A stretch of 64,000 bases of DNA from a virus (taxonomy: Duplodnaviria > Caudoviricetes), in IMG/VR virus record IMGVR_UViG_3300029288_001928, positions 1 to 64,000 of that record. One strand, 5' to 3'. Under the pieces are notes generated by a model. It saw nothing but the letters and a program-made list of their open reading frames with translations. It ran no database searches and was not told the DNA's origin. A program made the translations under genes and the position numbers. Below are positions 9,434 through 20,300 of the stretch, in pieces; position 1 is the first letter of the stretch, and every line of letters starts with the position of its first letter.

Positions 9434-12348
9434 TGGGTTATAGAGTATTAAGTAATGATTGTATAACGGAATATGCTGCTGCTGGTGCGAGTATTATACC
9501 TCCTTCATTGGAAGCGAATACTGGTGAGTTAATGTTGATGTTTGTGGGGTTGTCATACGTTAGCAACGCTTCTGCAACGATTTCTACACCATCAGGATGG
9601 GAAGTGCAATCAGGATTTCCTAAGACACAAACTGACTTGTGCGTATATATGTTTAAGCGTATTGCGACTGCTGATGGTGAATCTTTCCCCGAAATGACTG
9701 CATCGGAAACAAACCATAGATGGACAATTCAATGTTGGGTGTTTGAAGATCCTGACACGACTACAGATCCGTTCAGTATAGGAGACATTCAAGTAGCGCA
9801 AGGTGCTTCTGGTATAGATAATCCAGACATAACTTTAGTTAAAACAAGATCTTGGCATTTATCTTATATGGCAGTTGAAGATATACAACCAGGAGCAACT
9901 GCTTATATTAAACCAGCCAATTTCAAATCAGAATCCGTTGCATATCGTTCAACTGGTAGTACAGAAGGTACTGACCATTCATGTTGTGGTGGTGTTGATT
10001 TTCAATATGATGCAGCCTCAACAGTGATTGCTGGTATAGACTGGACTAACTCATCCTCAGACGATTGGATAGGTATATCAGTTGAAATATTAACAAATGA
10101 TAATACTGCACCAGCTAAAATTGATTCTTCTCCATTAGAGCTAATACCTACTACTGATTATGCACAGGGATCTGATCTTACTTGGATTTCAGATATTTTG
10201 ACAAGTAACGTACTACCAGATGGTTCAACTCCTACGACTTGGAACTTTGATGCATCTATAATTAGTACACCACTGACTTTTAATACTGGTACTAGTGTTG
10301 ACGGTACACTTGAAACTATTTCGATTTCTGGACATGGACTTATAACTGGATCAACAATTCATTATAGTAAAAATGGTGGTAGTGCATCAATTGGTTTAAC
10401 AGAAGGTGCGAGATATTATAGCAGAAAGATTGATGATAATACTATTTCATTGTGGACCGATAGAAGTGATTGTATTGCAAATACTACAACTACAAGAGCA
10501 AACTTATCTGGAAGCGGTAGCGAAATACATCATTTAAGACAGTATGCAATTTATGTTCCATCTCATGCGATGGATGAATCTATGGTGGTTAGGGTAGAGA
10601 ATAACGGAAATACTTTACCAACTGGTTTAACTAATAATGAGTATTATTGGGTGAGACCTATCAATGCAGATTACATTCAGTTATGTGGTCCTCTGACAAC
10701 AAACGTTGATGCTGCTGGAGATTTTTACTACAATGGGTATGATGCGTCAACAAACTCACTACCAAGAGCATTGACTGCCGGAACAGGAACTTGTGTCCTC
10801 CGTGAGTGTCGCATGGTCAATTCTATGCTTACGGATGCTGTTGCAAGAGCAAACTCTGGCACCTCCGGGAATTCAAACAAAGGTCCTGCTCCTGGGAATT
10901 ACATTGGTGATCATGGAGAAAACCAAAACTGGTTAGGATATACTCGCACATTTACAACTCCGCGAGACATGTCAACGGAAGTCATTGCTTGGTTCGGGTA
11001 TTTCTTGAGTGCCGTCCAAACTGATATTGCCCGTATCATTCTAATCGACTCAGATGGCGATAGAATGCAGTGGTTGATTGGTGATAAATCCGTTGGGCAA
11101 GCAACTACTGCGGCTACAAACAGTTTGAGGCAACTTCAACCAGGGTCTAGTTATGTTCAGTCCATTTCTGAGCGGGAAGTAGGAACGTTCAATGCTGCGT
11201 CAGTAAAGCACATTTTGTATATTGTGAGGGGAACGAACGCGAGGGCAACAAGACCAGGAAGCAACCCATTGAATGCCGGTGATCCCTATGTGATTTCTCG
11301 TGCAGAGATTTATGGTGGAATTGCTAATTATCCTCTTACATTAGACGATGCTGTAAATAAAATGATTTTCATTAGCGCGGACCTTTCATCCATTCCTTCA
11401 GATATACAATTTGTATTAAATGGGTCTTTACAGATTGGTGATGGAGCCAAAGCTACTTATTTTATAGATTCTGAAAAATCTATTGCTTTCCCTCCTCTAG
11501 CTAATGGTACTACCAAATTATATACTTACCGCGAGACGATCGGATTCGATGTTAATGCGGCATCTGGTGATATAGTTCAATTAAAGAATAGTCAAATTGG
11601 TGCATCGGCTCCATTTAGAGTTAGTTATACATTACCGATAAGCGGACAATTTAATTTTGATGGAAACACCTATGTTTTAGGAAATGTCGTATTAGATTCT
11701 GATATAATATATGATAGACAATTATTCGTAGGTGGTGATGGTATTACAGATAATAATGCTGAAATAATTAATAGTACATTTATTATTGGGAGTGATAGTG
11801 GTCCAGAAGTTGGTATAATACAATGGAATTCATTAACAGATATATCAGATTCGACATTTGAAATAGGAACCGAAGTTATTTCTGGTCATGCTATAAGTAT
11901 AGATACATCAGGATCTTATACGTTTGATGGTTTATATTTTAATAATTTTGGTGTTAATGAATCATCAACTGCAGCAGTATATAATAAGAGTGGTGGTTTA
12001 GTAACTATTAATATTGCTGGTGGTGGAGATACACCAACATATAGAAATAGTGTAGGATCTACTACTACAATAGTTGCGGGTGCTACTGTAACATTAACAG
12101 GATTAATAGCAGGAAGTGAAGTTAGAGCATATTTGGGCACAGATCCATCTACAGCAACTCAAATAGATGGAGAAGAATCCTCTGGAACATCTTTTAGTTT
12201 TTCCCAATCGTATTCTGGAAGTGATGGATTTATAGTTATACATGCATTAGGATATGTAACACAAAGAATTTCAATAACATATACATCCACAGACGCAACA
12301 ATTCCAATTCAGCAAATTGAAGATAGAGTTTATACAAATCCAACATAA
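9433..12348 (+). CDS. Virion structural / fibre-like beta-rich protein
   Basis: 971 aa, G/S/T-rich; internal duplicated motif (GLTEGARYY / GLTNNEYYW); C-terminal VTLTGLIAGSEVRAY...DRVYTNP. Confidence 0.65.
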   Translation: MGYRVLSNDCITEYAAAGASIIPPSLEANTGELMLMFVGLSYVSNASATISTPSGWEVQSGFPKTQTDLCVYMFKRIATADGESFPEMTASETNHRWTIQCWVFEDPDTTTDPFSIGDIQVAQGASGIDNPDITLVKTRSWHLSYMAVEDIQPGATAYIKPANFKSESVAYRSTGSTEGTDHSCCGGVDFQYDAASTVIAGIDWTNSSSDDWIGISVEILTNDNTAPAKIDSSPLELIPTTDYAQGSDLTWISDILTSNVLPDGSTPTTWNFDASIISTPLTFNTGTSVDGTLETISISGHGLITGSTIHYSKNGGSASIGLTEGARYYSRKIDDNTISLWTDRSDCIANTTTTRANLSGSGSEIHHLRQYAIYVPSHAMDESMVVRVENNGNTLPTGLTNNEYYWVRPINADYIQLCGPLTTNVDAAGDFYYNGYDASTNSLPRALTAGTGTCVLRECRMVNSMLTDAVARANSGTSGNSNKGPAPGNYIGDHGENQNWLGYTRTFTTPRDMSTEVIAWFGYFLSAVQTDIARIILIDSDGDRMQWLIGDKSVGQATTAATNSLRQLQPGSSYVQSISEREVGTFNAASVKHILYIVRGTNARATRPGSNPLNAGDPYVISRAEIYGGIANYPLTLDDAVNKMIFISADLSSIPSDIQFVLNGSLQIGDGAKATYFIDSEKSIAFPPLANGTTKLYTYRETIGFDVNAASGDIVQLKNSQIGASAPFRVSYTLPISGQFNFDGNTYVLGNVVLDSDIIYDRQLFVGGDGITDNNAEIINSTFIIGSDSGPEVGIIQWNSLTDISDSTFEIGTEVISGHAISIDTSGSYTFDGLYFNNFGVNESSTAAVYNKSGGLVTINIAGGGDTPTYRNSVGSTTTIVAGATVTLTGLIAGSEVRAYLGTDPSTATQIDGEESSGTSFSFSQSYSGSDGFIVIHALGYVTQRISITYTSTDATIPIQQIEDRVYTNPT

Positions 12349-12389
12349 TTCTGATATAAATACATTTAGAACTATATTAGGAGATTACA

Positions 12390-13754
12390 ATGGCATTATT
12401 AGTAGATCCAGATGATATTACATATGAAATATCAACTACTCCAAGTACAAGTGCAATGTTAACTATTTCTACATCTGGTAGAGATATTTATTTAACAGAA
12501 GTTGGAGCACTTGATACTGCCGGTGTAACTCTTCAATGTATATATTCTAAATTAAAAGAAATTTGGAAAGATGAGTCATCAGTAATTGCATATCCATTTC
12601 CAATGGAAGCAATTACCCCAGAACAGTTCGAATTTATTAACGATTGGGCACCAGCAAATGCGGCAACAAGAAAATTATTTAGAACTGCTGGATGGGCAGA
12701 GCGTGTTTCTGGTGTAATCGTTAGACAATATACTGGTATTATTTCACTAGGTTCATTAGGAGCAACAGACCAACCATATTTTAACCAATCTGGAACTGCT
12801 ACAAACTTTACATATGAAGGTCCGGTTAACGAAGCAGTTCAGGTATACGCAGGACCATCTGATGGAAATTATGATTATAGAACAAGTCTGACATTATATG
12901 CTAGAGAACAAGGAAAAACTTACGCTTCATCTGCATTGACAGACATCGGTGTAACTTCATTAACATATCAAGCATATCGGTTTCCACTTACAAACGCAAC
13001 AGATTTAAAAATTACTGCTACTGATAACACTATTGACACAACCACTCCGTATACAGGAATGAGTATAACTTATTATGCAACTCCACAATCAAGAACAATT
13101 GGTGCAAGCAGTTATAATTTTGGTATTATAATTGATGGTAATAATGGAACAGCAGAAGAAATATATGAATTTGTTCAAAGACAGTTACGAAAAGATAGTG
13201 ATATAGATGCTGACGCTAGTACATTAATAGGCAAATTGGCTGCAGACTTATTAGTATTCGTTGGTGATACGTTAAAAACAAAATACGCAACAAATCCTGA
13301 TGGTGGCGGAAATGGTGTATATATTGATAATTTTGATAGTAATGATACAAACAGATTGGTATTTACGGATAACACAAATGCAGAAAGAACATTCCCATTC
13401 GTCGCAGCAGGCACAATTACATTCAACACAAACTTACAAACAGATATGAGTGCAAAATATTGGATGTTCTTTACCGATACTTATGCAACATCTGGCGCAA
13501 TAATTGTTAATGATAATGATGATGTTGCTATTACTGGAAATATTTCTGGACAATCGTCTATATCGTTTACATTTGATTATGATGGTAATAATCAAGGCGG
13601 AAGAACACCAGCAACCGATGCAGATGTAACTGTAGTTGCAATTGGCCTGGAAACTGCACAATATGTTTCATCTACTGCAACAATAACAAGAGCAACTGGA
13701 CAAAATATTTCTCTTGTAGCCAGCTTAGAAAGAAACTATCTTGATCCAGCATAA
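12390..13754 (+). CDS. Virion structural protein
   Basis: Late promoter at 12355 and RBS; T/G/A-rich; C-terminal ERNYLDP parallels the upstream gene's DRVYTNP. Confidence 0.65.
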   Translation: MALLVDPDDITYEISTTPSTSAMLTISTSGRDIYLTEVGALDTAGVTLQCIYSKLKEIWKDESSVIAYPFPMEAITPEQFEFINDWAPANAATRKLFRTAGWAERVSGVIVRQYTGIISLGSLGATDQPYFNQSGTATNFTYEGPVNEAVQVYAGPSDGNYDYRTSLTLYAREQGKTYASSALTDIGVTSLTYQAYRFPLTNATDLKITATDNTIDTTTPYTGMSITYYATPQSRTIGASSYNFGIIIDGNNGTAEEIYEFVQRQLRKDSDIDADASTLIGKLAADLLVFVGDTLKTKYATNPDGGGNGVYIDNFDSNDTNRLVFTDNTNAERTFPFVAAGTITFNTNLQTDMSAKYWMFFTDTYATSGAIIVNDNDDVAITGNISGQSSISFTFDYDGNNQGGRTPATDADVTVVAIGLETAQYVSSTATITRATGQNISLVASLERNYLDPA

Positions 13755-13764
13755 TGGGGTCTAA

Positions 13765-14244
13765 ATGGCTACCATACAATTTAATGGCGTAACAAAATGT
13801 ATTGGAATAGTTTTGGGTGTATCTGAGCTAGAAGCAACGATAGATATTCAAGATTTATACTCATTATGGAAAGAATGGGTATTGGAATCTGATAATGCGA
13901 AATATTTACCAGCATTTGATGGATTAGGAGGAAACCAAGTTTCTACTACAGAATATTTAGGTAGAACTTTTATTATAAAAAATGATTGGAAAATTTGTCC
14001 TATAGCAACAGAGGATGATACAAAAATAATTTTAAATGGTAATATTTTCCCTGAAGTTGCAGGGACTCCAATTATTTCTTATGCATATATGAATCCGTTA
14101 TTAAACACACATGTAGAAAATAGATCATCATTATTACCATCATTATCAATAATAGAAACTGGAACAAGTGGATTAACTGCAACTGAATCGGCATTATTAG
14201 AAAAAATAGCTAAATTAGTAACATTAATTCCTGCCGCATTGTGA
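13765..14244 (+). CDS. Putative virion structural protein
   Basis: DLYSLWKEW motif resembling the N-terminus of the preceding gene (CIYSKLKEIW). Confidence 0.6.
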   Translation: MATIQFNGVTKCIGIVLGVSELEATIDIQDLYSLWKEWVLESDNAKYLPAFDGLGGNQVSTTEYLGRTFIIKNDWKICPIATEDDTKIILNGNIFPEVAGTPIISYAYMNPLLNTHVENRSSLLPSLSIIETGTSGLTATESALLEKIAKLVTLIPAAL

Positions 14245-14300
14245 ATTTTTTTGGTATTAGAATATATAAATAAGCATTAGATGCTTGTTATAGGAATATT

Positions 14301-17300
14301 ATGGCAGTAAATAATAGCGTAATATATAAAGATCTAATATTATTATATCCATATCCTGGAGATGGTATTGGTGCAGTATTAAATGAAAATATTAGAAGAA
14401 TTGCAGATTTTAATGAAAATGTAGGAATTATATTAGATAGTGGTGGATTTGTAAGTACATCTACTATAGAATCCTCTGGTGGTACACTAATTATAACAAA
14501 AAATGGTACAGATTGGAATATTGATATAACTCTTAATGGGCATACACATATAGCATCAAACATTACAGATTTTTCGGAATCTGTTGATGATAGAGTTGGA
14601 TCTTTACTGGTTGCTGGGTCTAATATATCATTAAATTATGATGACGTATTAAATACATTAACAATTTCTGCTGCAATTAGTGGTGGAAGTACAGATCACA
14701 ATACATTGGTAAATTTACAGGGTGGTCAGCCAAATGAATATTATCATTTAACATCATCTGAATATGCGGATTATATTGGTCAGACAGAAGTAGAAAATTT
14801 AACAGGTAATTTACAAACCCAAATTAATAATATAAATGTAAATGTTGAAGATATTTCTTCAAATTATCAAACAAAATTATTTTTTAATGTTAAAGATTAT
14901 GGGGCATTGGGTAACAATTCATCTGATGATACGGCAGCAATACAATCTGCAATTGATGCTGCAAATATAAGTGGGGGAATAGTTTTTGTTCCGGAAGGTA
15001 TTTATTTAATATCATCCCCATTAACAATTTATAGTAATATAGAAATAATGGGAACTGGTGCAGGATCATCAGAAATAAGAACAAATGTATATGGTATTGG
15101 TGCTACATGGAATGGTGGCGGAACCCAATATATGATTGATGGTGGGGTAGGAAATGATATATGGTATTTTATTTTAAGAGATATATCATTTAGAGGAGCA
15201 GGAATAGATGCAACTAATACAAGCGGATTTAGAGTTGATGCATCAAATAATGCACTAAATTTATTATTTGAAAACGTATTATTATATGATATTGCAGGTG
15301 ATGGATATAGAATAACATTACCAGTTTCTTCTTGTTGGAAAAATTGTCGAACACAAGATGTTGGTGGAAACGCATGGAGAGTAAGTACTGCAGTTGGATG
15401 TTCATGGCTATCGTGTTATGCAAACGGCGCAATTTATTGTGGATATTTAATACAATCATCAACAAGTTGTTCATTTAATGCATGTTCTTGTGATAGTTGT
15501 TCATATGCATATAATTTTTCTGCATGCAATTCCATTTCAGTAATAGGATGTGGTTGTGAAACTGTAACATATAGAGCAGCATTAATGCCCGATACGCCAG
15601 GAATTGCATATAATATCGCATCATGTAATTCTATAACATTAGAAAATGTTTATTGTAGAGAATTTGTAAATCAAGGAACTGATGTAGATAATAGTAAACG
15701 ATTTATAAACATTGATGCATCTACAAATATATTATTATCTGGTGCTAAATTTTGGTATACATCCGTTGGGCCAAATTATTCAGGGCAAATAACTACTAGA
15801 GAAGATTTATATGTATTATCAAATAATATACAAGATAATACTTGGTATAATGATGTAGTTCCTATTAGATATATAACAGATGTTGAAGTGGCAAATATAT
15901 CAGGTAATTTACAATTACAGATTACTTCTAATGATAATGATATTTTAAATTTACAAACAGATGTTCTTGATATAAGTGGTCAAGTTATTGAAAATACTTT
16001 AGACATTTTAACAATCAATGAAGGAATGTCTGGTGCATATAGTTTAACCGGATTAGAATATGATAGATTACCAGAAATATTTTTTGATAATTCGACAATA
16101 ACATTAACTGTTTCTGGTGATCATAATGTATGGTATCGTAGTACAAGATATTCCAGATCGACACAAACTGTTGTACTTCCTGATGTTACAGCAAAATATT
16201 TTATATATTATGATTCTCTTGGGATGTTACAACAATCTACTACTTCCTGGACTCTTTTGAATGAGGCTCCAGTAGCAACAGTATATTGGAATTCTTCGTT
16301 ACAAGAGGGCAAGTTGTTTGATGAAAGACATACAACAACCTTTAATCAACTTGAACATAGATATCAGCATTTAACATTTGGTTCTAGATTGGAAGGTGGG
16401 GGAAACATTGATGGTTATACGTTAAATAGTGATACAGTTGGAGGAATTACTTATAGTATAGGAACTACAACATTTTGGGATGAAGATATAAGAGATGTTT
16501 CTACAGGATTTGCCTCTGCGGGTCCGTATTCAATATGGTATCGGACAGGAGTAGAAGAATGGATATGGTCTGATACAGAAACATTACCAATATTAAAATC
16601 TACAAATATTCAATATAACCAAAATGTAGGTGGTAATTACCAATTAACAGAATTATCTTCTGTATTACCTATATATGTTAATTATTATGTTGTTGCAACA
16701 AATCTATGTAATGGCGGAACTGTTATAATTCCTGGACAACAAGTTTATAATACATTGGGTGAAGCACAAGATGAAACATTTGGAGATTTAGATTTAGGAA
16801 CATTATTAATAACAATATTTATTGAAAGTGTTGGATTATATAAGATTATTTTTGATATGAGAAATTTATATTCTACTGACAGTGGTAGAGCGAGAATTGT
16901 AGAAGTAGAAAATATTCAAGGTATTAATATAAAACAATATCAGGCAGTTGGAGTTTTTCATAACCAAACAATAGGAATTCAGGGTGGAACAACTAATGAA
17001 TATTATCATTTATCATCTGCACAATATTCTGATTATATTGGGAAAACAGAAGTATCAACAATTTCAGGTAGTTTACAATCACAAATAAGTTCAAATGATA
17101 ATGATATATCTTCTTTAAATTCAAAAGTAATAACAATCAGTGGTAATTTAAATAATTACACACTATTAACAACAACTGCAAGTTTGACAGGTAATTTACA
17201 GGACCAGATAACAAATATTTTTCCAATTGATTATGAGGATTTTGAAGAAGGAAAAGTATGGGATGGGTTTTACAATTATTTTCAGTTCTCCGGATTTGGG

Positions 17301-20300
17301 TGGAAAAAATTAGCAGACGTTGTAATAGGAACAGGATCTTATACAGGTGTAAAATTTGAAGTAGAAATAATTGATAGACCATGGGGTGCATCAGATAACT
17401 CTATGGCAGACAAAATAATGAAATTTTATTGCAGATGTACTCGTAGTGGTGCATCTCTTGATTCTATTAATGATGCCGAAGTATCTGGACCATATGCAGA
17501 TTACTTCCGAGTTGAAAAGGTATCAACCGGAGTTTATGAGTTACAATTCCGTCATGTTGTTTCTGGCTATTTATCTCTAAGAGCAAGAACGATTTTTAAA
17601 CCTAGTGTAACTACTAATGGATTGGGAACCGGGGGGAGTATTACATGGGTAAATGGTAGCACAACTGCTACGGAAACCGGAACAATATATACGGCAACAG
17701 CAGTACATACAATCGCACATGCTAATATTTTTTCTAATGGAATAATTGAGGCACAAGAGGGATTAACTACATCAGGAAATATATCTGCAAGCGGTAATAT
17801 ATATTCTGGTGGTATATTAGTACCTACTGTTAACACACTTAATAATTACACATTATTAACAACTACTGCTAATTTAACAGGTAGTTTACAATCACAAATT
17901 AGTTTAAATGATAATGATATATCTTCTTTAAACTCAAAAGTGACAACTATTTCGGGCAATTTAAATAATTACACACTATTAACAACTACTGCTAATTTAA
18001 CAGGTAGTTTACAATCACAGATTAGTTCAAATGATAATGATATATCTTCTTTAAACTCAAAAGTGACAACTATTTCAGGTAGTTTAAACTCACATACATC
18101 AGCAACTACGTCAGTTCATGGAATATCAAATACAGCAAATTTAGTTACATCAGCAAGTACATTTGGAACAGATAATTTATTATTAAGATCAGATGGAACT
18201 GGTAGAGGGGCACAATCTACAGGAATTACAGTAGATGATTCAAATAATATAGTAGGCATAGTAGGATTGACCACAACAGGAAATATTACTGCTGGTGGAG
18301 TAGTAACAGATTTAGTAAGAAAGGTATATCAAACTAGTTCATATGATGCTTCTAACAATCAATATGTTCATATTGCAACATTGGGTGATTATACATCATT
18401 AGGACAATGGGACTCCGTACTAGTTAGAGGTAGTACCAGTATTGTAGGAGTTGCCGACCCATTTAATTTCTCTTGGACTAATAGAGGAGAAGTAAATAGT
18501 AAATTTTATGGTGTTGCAACTTCATTATTAAAAAATTATGTAAAATTTGAAGTATATAGACAGGTAGACAATTCTCATAAATTATATCTAGTAATAGTTG
18601 CTAATAATTTTACAAGTACAAATCTTGAAGTTCATAGAGGATTACAATCTGGAACAGCATTTGGAGATTTTACAATAACAACATCTACTCCCGCTGGTAC
18701 AAAATGTTTAGACTCAAGTACAGCCGGTGTAACATTATATACTGATAAAATAAATGCACAGGATACAACATCTGCAACACTAGGAGGAGATGGTGCAATT
18801 GTTAGTAGTGGTGGAATTGCTTCTTCTAATAATTTAGTAGTTGGATTTGGTGATTCTGCTAAGAACAGTTGTGTAATATATTCTGATGCTGCTGGTGAAA
18901 TAGTAATTGAAAGTATTGCCAATACAGGATTCGCAAAAGGAAATATTCATTTAGCAAAATATAATGGTGAAGTATATGCGGGAAATTCTGTAGTAGTTGG
19001 TAATAGTACACTAGGGCATTTGTTTGTAAAAGGAGCATATGATTCTGCAGTTGCAAGTGGTGCTGGCGTCTCAATAGAATATGGTGCTGGTGTAGGATAT
19101 CTAACGTCATATGACTATACTGGTTCATTATCAAAACCTTTAATTATTAGAGGTTCAACAATAACATTTAATGATCCAAGTGTTGGTGATTATGGTTATA
19201 TTGATACCAATGGTTGGTATTCAAGAAAAGCATTAACAGGCGGAACTTCTACTGCTACTCCGTATGGATTACATTTAGGAAGTGATTTTGCAGATTCTGC
19301 AGGAGATGCCCACAAATGTAAATTGTATTTATTTGAAAATACATCGGCAGGAAATAAATATGGTTTTGGTGTTTCTGCATCACGATTAGAATATCATGCA
19401 GAAGATAGTGGTAATGCTGCATATCATACATTCTATGTTGGTGAAGCAAGTAAATTTGAAATATCACAATTATATGTTCAGTCAAGTGTAAATCTAGCAT
19501 TATATAATGCGACCGATGATAGTCCTTCATTAGTATTACAAAACACTGCATCATATAAAGATTGGCATATTGATAATTATCAAGGCGTTTTACGTTTCAT
19601 GCGTCATACAGGAGGGGGCGGTGCATATGAAGCGACTCATCTAGAAATCAATTCTGCTGGTGCATTAACTGCATATACACAAGCAAGAATACAATATGGA
19701 AATGGTGTTTCATTAATAGTCGGTTCGGATTCTGCAGCAGTAACATTAACAGATTCTACTGCAAAAGCAGGAAGAATAGCTTTACCACACTATTTAAATG
19801 CAGAAGAACCAGTTGGATTAATACATTCATTTAATAGTTTAAACTCATCTACCGTAAAAATTGGTGGTGGAAGTGCAATACTGAATTCTGTTACTAATGG
19901 TGCATTAGTTGCAGCATCAAACTACACAACAGTAACAGGAACAGATATATTATCATGGGATATTAATGGTGTTGCAATTACAGGAAAATTATCGCCAACA
20001 AGTGATATTGTATTATCTGCTGCTGCAAGTGCTACACACGAAATATATCGGTCAGTTGCAAATGGTGGTGTACGAATTGCTGGTGGTAGTTCAAGTTCAA
20101 ATGGTGCTCAATTAGAATTATATGGTAGTTCCCATGGATCTGCTGCTGATTGGGCAGTCTTAGACTGTGGAGTATTCTATGTTCGTTCACAAAATGCAGG
20201 AATATACGCATCCAAATTAGATACTACTGGTTTAGTATTAGGAGCAAGTTCAAAATCTCTTGCTGGATCAAGATTATTCATCAAGCAGGCAGCAGATACC

